DNA from: a bacterium
GTDB taxonomy: Bacteria; Desulfobacterota; DSWW01
Reading direction: 5' to 3'
Assembly: GCA_040756235.1 (NCBI GenBank)
Contig: JBFLZG010000151.1
Span: 1 to 25,085, forward strand
DNA length: 25,085 nucleotides
The notes below the pieces were generated by a model, which saw only the letters and a list, made by a program, of their open reading frames with translations, was not told where the DNA came from and made no database searches. A program made the translations under genes and the position numbers. The first letter of the stretch is position 1; the number at the start of each line of letters is the position of its first letter. Of the stretch, positions 8,386-16,318 are shown one piece after another.

Positions 8386-9234
8386 ATGTGGAATTACAGC
8401 GAAAAGGTGATGGATCACTTCAGAAACCCGAGGAACGTCGGAGAGGTCGAACAGCCCGACGGAGTGGGTGAAGTCGGCTCCCTCGCCTGCGGTGACGCCC
8501 TCAGGCTCACCTTCAAGCTGGACGAGGTGGGCCGCATCCGGGACGCAAAGTTCCAGACCTTCGGTTGCGCCAGCGCGATCGCGTCCTCGTCCGCCCTGAC
8601 CGAGATGATCAAAGGCATGACGCTGGAGGAGGCGGAGAAGATCACGAACCAGGACATCGCCAGCTTCCTGGGAGACCTGCCGGAAGAGAAGATGCACTGC
8701 TCGGTCATGGGCCGGGAGGCCCTGGAGGCGGCCATTGCGAGCTACAAGGGGAAGTCGGTGCAGGCCGAGCCCTCGGACATCGTGTGCAAGTGCTTCGGCA
8801 TCACGGGCAAGGAGATCGAGCGCATTGCCCGGGAGAATAACCTGACCACGGTCGAGCAGGTGACGCACTACACGAAGGCGGGCGGCGGTTGCAGGACCTG
8901 CCATCCGGAGATCGAGAGGATCCTGGAGGGGTTGAACGGAAGCCGCAGGGAGGCCTCGCTGGACGGGGCTCGCGTCGGCGGGGGTAAGCGTCTCACCAAT
9001 ATCCAGAAGATCCGGCTCGTCGAGGAGACCCTCGAAAAACAGATCCGGCCCGCCCTGAAACGGGACGGGGGGGACATCGACCTGATCGACGTGGACGGAA
9101 ACCGCGTGTACGTGGGCTTCCGCGGCCTTTGTTCCTTTTGCCCGAGCTCGGAGTTCACGCTGAAGAATTACGTGGAGAAGACCCTGAAGGAATTCGTCAC
9201 CCCTGAGATCGAAGTCGAGGAAGTCACACCATGA
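8386..9234 (+). CDS. nifU: Fe-S cluster assembly scaffold NifU (three-domain)
   Basis: IscU-like domain (ACGD, FGCASA, KMHCS), BFD-like domain (CKC...GGGCRTC) and NifU-C domain (DGGD...GLCSFC). Confidence 0.95.
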   Translation: MWNYSEKVMDHFRNPRNVGEVEQPDGVGEVGSLACGDALRLTFKLDEVGRIRDAKFQTFGCASAIASSSALTEMIKGMTLEEAEKITNQDIASFLGDLPEEKMHCSVMGREALEAAIASYKGKSVQAEPSDIVCKCFGITGKEIERIARENNLTTVEQVTHYTKAGGGCRTCHPEIERILEGLNGSRREASLDGARVGGGKRLTNIQKIRLVEETLEKQIRPALKRDGGDIDLIDVDGNRVYVGFRGLCSFCPSSEFTLKNYVEKTLKEFVTPEIEVEEVTP

Positions 9235-10430
9235 ACCCAGGGATTTACTTCGACAACAACGCCACCACGCAGGTCGCTGCAGAAGTCCTGGAAGCCATGC
9301 TTCCCTACTTCGGCGAGCTCTACGGCAACCCGTCGAGCATGCATTCCTTCGGCGGCCAGGTGAAGGATCGCATCAGCCGGGCGCGGGAGCAGGTGGCGGC
9401 CCTGCTCGGCGCCCAGCCGGACGAGATCGTTTTCACGAGCTGCGGGACCGAGAGCGACAACGCCGCGGTCCGGGGGGCGCTGCAGGTCGTGCCGGAGAAG
9501 AAGCGCTTCGTGACGACCCGGGTCGAGCACCCGGCGGTCTGGAATCTCTGCCCGTACCTGCGCAAGAAGGGGTACAGCGTCACCGAGCTCTCCGTGGACC
9601 GCAAGGGCAGGCTCGACATGGGTGAGGTGCGGGCGAGCCTCACCGATGGGACGGCGCTGGTCAGCGTGATGGCGGCCAACAACGAAACCGGGACTCTCTT
9701 CCCCGTGGAAGAGATCGCCCGGATAACCAAATCAAAGGGAATCCTGTTCCACACGGATGCGGTGCAGACCGCGGGCAAGATCCCGATCGATATGTCGGCA
9801 AGCGCGATCGACATGCTTTCCCTGTCCGGCCACAAGCTCCACGCCCCCAAAGGAATCGGGGTCCTCTACGTACGCAGGGGAACCCGGTGGTCGCCGTTCA
9901 TGATCGGCGGGCACCAGGAACAGGGGCGCAGAGGCGGTACGGAGAACGTGCCCAGCATCATCGGCCTGGGCCGGGCCGCGGAGCTTGCCCGGCGCCGCCT
10001 CGAGGACGAGAACACGAGAGTCAGGGCCCTCAGGGACCGGCTGGAAAAGGGGATCCTCGAGCGCATCCCCAACACCCTGATCAACGGAGACCCGGAGAAC
10101 CGCCTGCCGAACACGTGCAGCCTGAGCTTCGAGTACGTGGAGGGCGAATCGATTCTCATGATGCTCAACGACTTTGGCGTATGCGCCTCCTCGGGCTCTG
10201 CCTGTACTTCCGGATCCTTGGAGCCTTCCCATGTGCTCAGGGCCATGGGCGTTCCGTTCACCGCGGCGCACGGCTCGATCCGGTTCAGCCTGAGCATCTA
10301 CAACACCGAGGCCGAGGTGGACACGGTGATCGAGCGCTTGCCGCCGATCATCGAGCGCCTCAGGGCCATCTCGCCGTTCTGGAAAGACTACAAGGAAGGG
10401 AAACAGATAAGGATGGGCGGCGCCTTGTGA
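9231..10430 (+). CDS. nifS: Cysteine desulfurase NifS
   Basis: YFDNNATT, GNPSS, HTDAVQ, SGHKLHAPKG (PLP Lys), SSGSACTS (catalytic Cys); ATGA overlap with nifU. Confidence 0.95.
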   Translation: MNPGIYFDNNATTQVAAEVLEAMLPYFGELYGNPSSMHSFGGQVKDRISRAREQVAALLGAQPDEIVFTSCGTESDNAAVRGALQVVPEKKRFVTTRVEHPAVWNLCPYLRKKGYSVTELSVDRKGRLDMGEVRASLTDGTALVSVMAANNETGTLFPVEEIARITKSKGILFHTDAVQTAGKIPIDMSASAIDMLSLSGHKLHAPKGIGVLYVRRGTRWSPFMIGGHQEQGRRGGTENVPSIIGLGRAAELARRRLEDENTRVRALRDRLEKGILERIPNTLINGDPENRLPNTCSLSFEYVEGESILMMLNDFGVCASSGSACTSGSLEPSHVLRAMGVPFTAAHGSIRFSLSIYNTEAEVDTVIERLPPIIERLRAISPFWKDYKEGKQIRMGGAL

Positions 10431-10439
10431 CGCGCCCAG

Positions 10440-10696
10440 ACTCTTTTCCGTCATTCCGGCGCAGGCCGGAATCCAGTCCCTGCGCCCAGTTACCACAGCT
10501 GGTCCTGATGCACCCTGCTGGATCCCGGCTCGCACGCGCTCCGCACATGGGCCGGGATGACGAATTGTGACACAGCCTCGCAGGGCGGAATCCAGTCCCT
10601 GTACCCCGTTCCTGAATGCAAGCTCCTGGATCCCGGCTCACACGCGCTCCGAAGTGGCGGCCTTGGCTGGGATGACGACGGGATGAGGAAAAGAGT
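10440..10696. repeat. Cluster of CGTC-type REP doublets (one full unit, one 5'-truncated unit)
   Basis: Full unit: CGTCATTCCGGCGCAGGCCGGAATCCAG, a spacer, then CTGGATCCCGGCTC..CACGCGCTCCG..GCCGGGATGACG (10449-10562). Second unit is at about 10580-10677. The cluster is bounded by the IR ACTCTTTTCC/GGAAAAGAGT. Confidence 0.85.
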
Positions 10697-10718
10697 AGGG
10701 GCGCTGCTTGCTGCGCCC
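10695..10718 (+). repeat. GTAG-type REP palindrome
   Basis: GTAG-GGGCGC-TGCTTGCT-GCGCCC, downstream of the ALDH stop codon. Confidence 0.7.
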
Positions 10719-10749
10719 GTCCCGGACCCGGGCCGCCACGGCGACCGGA

Positions 10750-12363
10750 TCATCGCCAGCGCCCGATCTGCTTCCTCAGGATCCCCTTGAGCATGCCGGC
10801 TGCGATGCCCAGAGCCCTGGGCAGCATGGCGAGCCGCGCCAGACCGTTCTTCGAATACAGCAGGACGAGCAGGGCCTCGAAGGCCTCCTGGGCGCCCGGC
10901 TCGACCGGGTAGTGGAAGAGCTCCTTCGAGTACCAGCCGCCGAATTCGGTCACGGACTTGACCCTGCAGAAGCTCCGGATCCCGATCTCGCTGTGGTACG
11001 CGCCCACACCGGATTCCTTCACGCCCCCGAACGGCAGCGACGGGAAGGCGAACGTGACCAGGCAATCGTTGATGTTCACGGACCCGGTCTCCATCCGGTT
11101 CGCGTACCAGCGCGCCTCGTCGAGGTCCTGGCTGAAAACCGATCCGGAAAGCCCGAAGGGGGTGCTGTTCGCCATCTGGACCGCCTCCTCCGGCGTGTCG
11201 AACGGCACGATCGGGAGCACGGGGCCGAACGTCTCCTCCTTCCAGATCTTCATGTTCGGACGGATGCCGGTGATGACCGTGGGTGAGAAGAAGAGGCCTC
11301 CTCCGATGTTTCTCCTGGCTCCGCCGAGACGGAGGATCGCGCCTTTCGTCACCGCATCGGAGATCTGCTCCTCCACCGTCCTCACCTGGCTTTCCAGCGT
11401 CATGGCGCCGATCTGGCCGCTCAGCGTGCCGGACTCGAGGGTCTTGGAGATTTCGAGCACCTTGTCCAGAAAGGCCTGATAACAGGGGCGCTCCACGAAG
11501 CAGAACTCGATCCCGGTGCAGGTCTGCCCGGCGTTGAAGAACGAGCCCCAGACCGCGGCGTGGGCGGCGCGCTCGAGATCGGCCTTGCGGCTGACGATCA
11601 TGGCGTCCTTGCCGCCGAGCTCCATGACGGCCGGGACCAGGCGCCGGGCGGCCGCCTCGCTGACCTCGAGACCGACCGCGGTCGAGCCGGTGAAGAACAG
11701 CATGGCCACGCCCGCATGCTCGACCAGGGCCCTTCCGGTCACGGACCCGCTTCCCGTCACCACTTGCAGGGCCTGCGACGGAAGGCCTGCGGCCATGAGA
11801 ATCTCCCTCAGCATCAGCCCGGACGCGGTGGTCTGCGAGGAGGGTTTGAGCACGACCGTATTGCCTGCCGCGAGGGCCGAGATCACGGGGCCGGCGGCGA
11901 GTGTGAACGGATAGTTCCACGGTGCGATCACGCCGACCACGCCGCGCGGTTCAAACGTGAAGTAGGCCCTCCTGCCGGGCAGCACGGGCGTGCCCCGGAC
12001 TTTGACCGGCCGCAGGAAGCGCTCCGCGTTCGCCGCATAGAAGTGCAGCAGATCGCAGGTTGAAAAGATCTCCGCGAGCAGCGCGTCGAGCAGGGGCTTG
12101 CCGGTTTCGGAGCTGATGATTTCCGCATACGGGCGCGCCTTTTCGGCCAGGTGGGAAGCCGCGCGCTGGAAGATCTCGCGGCGCAGGGCGAAGCCCGTGG
12201 CCGACCATTCCGTGAAAGCGGCCCGGGCTCCCCGCACGGTCCGGTCCACTTCGTCCGGCCCGAACAGAGCGTGCTCGCCCACCTTCTCACCCGTAGCCGG
12301 ATTGTAAATGCTAAAAGTCGTCTGGTTCTCCACGATCCTTCTCGTGGCTCTCCTTGGTTCCAT
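10750..12363 (-). CDS. NAD(P)-dependent aldehyde dehydrogenase
   Basis: APWNYP, LKPS, FTGST, MELGGKD, GQTC (catalytic Cys), EETFGP, PFGGVKESG. The start could be GTG 12333 instead. Confidence 0.92.
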   Translation of the reverse strand: MEPRRATRRIVENQTTFSIYNPATGEKVGEHALFGPDEVDRTVRGARAAFTEWSATGFALRREIFQRAASHLAEKARPYAEIISSETGKPLLDALLAEIFSTCDLLHFYAANAERFLRPVKVRGTPVLPGRRAYFTFEPRGVVGVIAPWNYPFTLAAGPVISALAAGNTVVLKPSSQTTASGLMLREILMAAGLPSQALQVVTGSGSVTGRALVEHAGVAMLFFTGSTAVGLEVSEAAARRLVPAVMELGGKDAMIVSRKADLERAAHAAVWGSFFNAGQTCTGIEFCFVERPCYQAFLDKVLEISKTLESGTLSGQIGAMTLESQVRTVEEQISDAVTKGAILRLGGARRNIGGGLFFSPTVITGIRPNMKIWKEETFGPVLPIVPFDTPEEAVQMANSTPFGLSGSVFSQDLDEARWYANRMETGSVNINDCLVTFAFPSLPFGGVKESGVGAYHSEIGIRSFCRVKSVTEFGGWYSKELFHYPVEPGAQEAFEALLVLLYSKNGLARLAMLPRALGIAAGMLKGILRKQIGRWR

Positions 12364-12618
12364 GCGACACTCGCCTTCGAACTGGAGTTGTTTGCAGCCA
12401 TCGATTGCATCAGCCGGCTCGATCGGCCGGAGGCCGCGCCGGCCTGACGCTGCACCTGTCCTTGCCTGGTTAGATTGCAGCCCGGCAGTCGAAGAAACAG
12501 AGGCAGACCGCCGCGGCGGAAGGGATGGGCTGGTGGTGGGTCGCTGCTGGCGTGGTGCAGCAGCAGGTTGGGCAGGCTCTCGGGTTTCAGTCGTCGGGAT
12601 GGGTGTTCCGGCGATCCT

Positions 12619-13818
12619 TTAGCGTGGCTCGGCCGGCAGCCAGACCGAGAAGGAGGAACCTCTTGCCGGTACGCTCTCGACGGTCACATGCCCTCCGTGG
12701 GTCTCGACGATGCGCTTGACGATGGCAAGTCCCAGGCCCGTTCCCTCGGGCTTGGTCGTGTAGAAGGGCCCGAAGATGCGGTGGATCTGGTCCGCCGGTA
12801 TCCCTGCGCCCGTGTCCTCCACGGAGATGAGCAAGCCCTGGCGTGCCGCTTCTCCCGTGATCGGAGGGGGGCGGCCGCCGTTCCACTCCGAGCGGATGGT
12901 AAGGGTGCCGCCCTGCGGCATGGCCTGCAGGGCGTTCGTGACCAGATTCAGGAGGACCTGCTCGATCTTGTCCTCATCCAGTGGCATGGCCCTGACGGAG
13001 CCGGCGAGTTCGGTCCGAATCCGTACGCCTCGCTTTGCCGCCTCTTCCCGCACCAGGAGCAGCACGGTCTCGATCAGCTCGTTGGGGCGGCAGTTGGTCT
13101 TGTCGAGGTGGACCTGCCTTCCGAAACGCAGGATGCTCCGGGCGGTGCGCTCGAGGCGCTCGGTCTCCTGCACCAGGATCTTCAGGAACGCGTGCTTCTC
13201 GTGGCCTTCGGGGAACTCGTCGCTCAGGATCTCGGCGGCGCCCCGGATCGAGCCGAGGGGGTTCATGAATTCGTGGGTGACCGTGGCACTGAGCTCTCCC
13301 AGGGCGAAGTGCTTCTCGGCGATGCGGAGCCGCTGTTCGACGGTGAGCAGTCGGGAAGACGTTTCCTTGAGCCCGTCATAAGCCCGGGCCAGCTCGCGGG
13401 AGGTGCGCTGGGCGAGTGCGCTCTGGCGGTGGGCGCGTTCGGCCAGAAAACCGGTGAGCCCGCCGACGACGTTGAACAGCAGGATCTCGAGATAGCGCTC
13501 CGGCGCGGCGGCGGGCAGGAGCTTCCATTGAAAAAAGATGTGGGGCGCGTACAGCAGGCTGGAGCCGATGGAGGCGGCCAGACCGCCCCTCAGGCCGAAC
13601 CACACGGCGGCGGCGAAGATCGGGAGATAATAGAGCCTGTCGTAGATCGCGTGCAGTCGATGAAGGTGCAGGCTCGTGCTATAGTGAGCCGAGCTGATGA
13701 GGAGGATGGAGCCTGCGACCACCACGAGCTTTAGGGCCAGGCGAGGCGCGCGTTCGGCAGCCGAAAAAAAGCTGGCCTCAGGGCCGGGGGCGTGAGCGGA
13801 TGATTTCTCTTCCTGCAT
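12619..13818 (-). CDS. Membrane sensor histidine kinase with a multi-TM (DUF4118-like) His-rich input domain
   Basis: Likely ATG 13818 (MQEEKSS) with SD GAGGT. About 4 TM segments; H-box THEFMNP, N-box NLVTNA, G1 DTGAG, F-box FYTTK, G2 GTGLGL. Confidence 0.9.
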   Translation of the reverse strand: MQEEKSSAHAPGPEASFFSAAERAPRLALKLVVVAGSILLISSAHYSTSLHLHRLHAIYDRLYYLPIFAAAVWFGLRGGLAASIGSSLLYAPHIFFQWKLLPAAAPERYLEILLFNVVGGLTGFLAERAHRQSALAQRTSRELARAYDGLKETSSRLLTVEQRLRIAEKHFALGELSATVTHEFMNPLGSIRGAAEILSDEFPEGHEKHAFLKILVQETERLERTARSILRFGRQVHLDKTNCRPNELIETVLLLVREEAAKRGVRIRTELAGSVRAMPLDEDKIEQVLLNLVTNALQAMPQGGTLTIRSEWNGGRPPPITGEAARQGLLISVEDTGAGIPADQIHRIFGPFYTTKPEGTGLGLAIVKRIVETHGGHVTVESVPARGSSFSVWLPAEPR

Positions 13819-13932
13819 ACGGCTTACCTCTTTGCGGGTTCTCCCGGTCGGTTCCATGGCCGCGGAAAAGCCGCCTGCTCGACGGTGCCGCCGCGGGCGC
13901 ACCCGCGCCGACGCAGCCGTAGGGAGCGTACC

Positions 13933-15351
13933 GTGTCCGAAATGCATCGCATTCTCGTTATGGACGATGACGAAAGCTTTCGCAAGATCCTCGAGTACAA
14001 CTTGAGGCAGGCGGGATACGAGGTCGTGTCCGCACGAAGCGGACAGGAGGGGTTGGCCTGGATGGACAGGGAGCCGTTCGGCGTCGTCATTACGGACATC
14101 AAGATGCCCGGGATGGACGGCCTCGAAGTGCTGCGGGAAGTGAAGAGGCGCAGCCCGGACACGCCGGTCATCATGGTCACCGCCTTCGGCAGCATCGAGA
14201 TGGCCGTCGACGCCATGAAACAGGGCGCCGCCGACTACATCACCAAGCCGCTCAACCGGCACGGCCTGCTCCTGACGCTGGAGAAGACCTTGCGCCTGCG
14301 CAATCTGCGGGAGGAGAACCTGCGGCTGCGGGAGGAGCTCGGCGAGCGCTTCCAGACGGACCGCATGGTGGGCGTCTCGGCTGCGATGAGGAGTCTCCTG
14401 GAAAAGGTGCGGCGGCTCACCGAGGTGGACGCAACGGTGCTGATCACCGGCGAGACCGGCGCAGGCAAGGATCTCATCGCCCGGGGCCTCCATTACGGGA
14501 GCCGGCGCCGAGAGCAGCCGTTCGTCGCCGTGAACTGCACCGCAATCCCGCGGGAGCTTCTCGAGAGCGAGCTGTTCGGGCATGTGAAAGGGGCCTTCAC
14601 CGGAGCCACGCGGGACCGGAAGGGCAGGTTTCAGGCAGCCGACGGAGGAACCCTCTTTCTGGACGAGGTGGGCAGCATGGATCCGGCGCTGCAAGGCAAG
14701 CTGCTCCGGGTGCTGCAGGATCAGAGGGTGAGCCGGGTCGGGGAGGAGAAGGCGTTCAAGGTGGACGTGAGGATCCTGGCGGCGACGAACACCGACTTGC
14801 GGGCAGCCGTGGATGCCGGCGGGTTCCGCGAAGATCTGTACTACCGTCTGAACGTCGTGCCCTTGCACGTACCCTCCCTGCGGGAGAGGATCGAGGACAT
14901 CCCGCTTCTGATCGATCACTTCCTGGGGTCTCTCCAGCCCGGGAGCAAGATCCGGGTGGACCCTCGGGTGCTGGAGGCGTTCCGAAGGTACGAGTGGCCA
15001 GGCAACGTGCGGGAGCTGCGCAACGTGATCGAGAGGATGCTCATCTTCCGCGCGGGCGACACCCTGGGGCCGGAGAGCCTTCCTCCGGAGATCGTGGGAA
15101 CACGCCCTGCAAAGGCTGGCGAGCAAGAGCCGCTCGTGCGGCTGCCCGCCGAAGGGGTTTCCCTGGAGCACCTCGAGCGCACCGTCATCGCCCAGGCGTT
15201 GGAGATGAACGGCTGGAACCAGGTCCGCACCGCAAGGTTCCTGCGCATCCCGCGACACATTCTGCTCTACCGCATGGAGAAATACGGCATCCGGATTCCC
15301 GAGGGCAAGGGGAGGCAGGGCACGCCAGATCCGTCCTCTTCCGCAGGATGA
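13933..15351 (+). CDS. Sigma54-dependent response regulator (NtrC/ZraR family)
   Basis: Receiver domain (MDDD, TDIKMP), Walker A GETGAGKD, GAFTGA, FLDEV, WPGNVREL and a Fis-type HTH. Start is GTG 13933 (SD AGGGAG) or ATG 13942. Confidence 0.93.
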   Translation: MSEMHRILVMDDDESFRKILEYNLRQAGYEVVSARSGQEGLAWMDREPFGVVITDIKMPGMDGLEVLREVKRRSPDTPVIMVTAFGSIEMAVDAMKQGAADYITKPLNRHGLLLTLEKTLRLRNLREENLRLREELGERFQTDRMVGVSAAMRSLLEKVRRLTEVDATVLITGETGAGKDLIARGLHYGSRRREQPFVAVNCTAIPRELLESELFGHVKGAFTGATRDRKGRFQAADGGTLFLDEVGSMDPALQGKLLRVLQDQRVSRVGEEKAFKVDVRILAATNTDLRAAVDAGGFREDLYYRLNVVPLHVPSLRERIEDIPLLIDHFLGSLQPGSKIRVDPRVLEAFRRYEWPGNVRELRNVIERMLIFRAGDTLGPESLPPEIVGTRPAKAGEQEPLVRLPAEGVSLEHLERTVIAQALEMNGWNQVRTARFLRIPRHILLYRMEKYGIRIPEGKGRQGTPDPSSSAG

Positions 15352-15437
15352 GGCGCGTCATCCCCGACCAAGGCCGCATGGAGTGGACGGAGCGAGGACA
15401 AGAAGCGTTGCGGAAATTGCGAGGGAGCCACAGGGGT

Positions 15438-15470
15438 GCAGCGCCGCAGATGGGCCTTTATGGACGGCCT
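15438..15470 (-). mobile_element. Remnant of the left end of the 17909-18060 MITE family
   Basis: Minus strand AGGCCGTCCATAAAGGCCCATCTGCGGCGCTGC versus MITE AGGCTGTCTCAAAACGCCCATCTGCGGCGTTGC. Confidence 0.6.
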
Positions 15471-15496
15471 TCTGCCCTGCCCTTTACCCACATGTT

Positions 15497-15630
15497 GACT
15501 CTGTCCGTCATCCCGGCCCAGGTGCGGAGCGCGTGAGAGCCGGGATCCAGGAGTCTGCGTCAAGTAGCTCGGGTTCGATCACGGGTGCAGGGACTGGATT
15601 CCGGCCTGCGCCGGAATGACGGAAAAGAAC
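15497..15630 (-). repeat. CGTC-type REP doublet, inverted copy of the 10442-10562 unit
   Basis: The reverse complement shares TCTTTTCCGTCATTCCGGCGCAGGCCGGAATCCAGTCCCTGC and CTGGATCCCGGCTC.CACGCGCTCCGCAC.TGGGCCGGGATGACG with unit 1. The spacer differs. Confidence 0.85.
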
Positions 15631-15681
15631 CTGGTTTCCCATTGCGCACCCAATGGGCCGACTTATGGGTAATGGGCAGTC

Positions 15682-16152
15682 CTAGCCTCTCCCTTCCAGG
15701 AACCGCAGCACCTCGGCCGGGTGGGCGCCGGCGTCCTTGACCTGGGGCCAATGCTTCACGATCTTTCCGTCCGGGCCGATCACCACGGTCGACCGGATCG
15801 CCCCGGTGACCTTCTTCCCGTACAGGTTCTTCTCGCCCCAGGCAGCGTAGTCCTGCAGCGTCTTCGCCTCGGGGTCGGACAGGAGGATGAAGGAGAGGCC
15901 GTACTTGGAGACGAACTTGCCGTGGGCATCCAGGCCGTCCTTGCTGATGCCGAAGACCGCGACGCCCGCCTCGCGGAACCTGTCGTTCAGGTCCCGGAAC
16001 GAGCAGGCCTCCAGGGTGCAGCCGGGCGTGTCGTCCTTGGGATAGAAGTAGAGGACCACGGTCCTGCCCCTGTAGTCCCGCAGGGCGTGCCGCTTGCCGT
16101 CGCTTCCCTCCAGCGCGAAGTCGGGCGCCTTGGTACCTTCCAGCTCCTTCAT
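15682..16152 (-). CDS. bcp: Peroxiredoxin Bcp/PrxQ
   Basis: ATG 16152 with SD GGAGG. LYFYPKDDTPGCTLEAC (PxxxTxxC plus resolving Cys), LLSDP, IRST. Confidence 0.92.
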   Translation of the reverse strand: MKELEGTKAPDFALEGSDGKRHALRDYRGRTVVLYFYPKDDTPGCTLEACSFRDLNDRFREAGVAVFGISKDGLDAHGKFVSKYGLSFILLSDPEAKTLQDYAAWGEKNLYGKKVTGAIRSTVVIGPDGKIVKHWPQVKDAGAHPAEVLRFLEGRG

Positions 16153-16318
16153 CGCTTCATCCTCCATGGGCCGAAAACAGGAGCGCGTTCGCTTGCGCAG
16201 AGCCCGGGTGCGGTGGGGCCTTACTTCTCGGGCTCCTTGGTCTATGATGAAAGAAGGGCAGCGGATGATTGCGCGTGCGCCGCGAGGAGGCACCGGCTCT
16301 TGCGGGGGAGGCATTCCA

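Noticed and set aside
10440..10696. CRISPR-like repeat-spacer array
   Set aside because: There are only two units, built from inverted arms; there is no regular direct-repeat period and no cas gene. REP doublets explain it.
13819..15258. 480-aa N-terminal extension of the kinase ORF (track 12619..15258)
   Set aside because: It is mostly the antisense shadow of the sigma54 regulator. A good SD and ATG exist at 13818, right before the TM domain.
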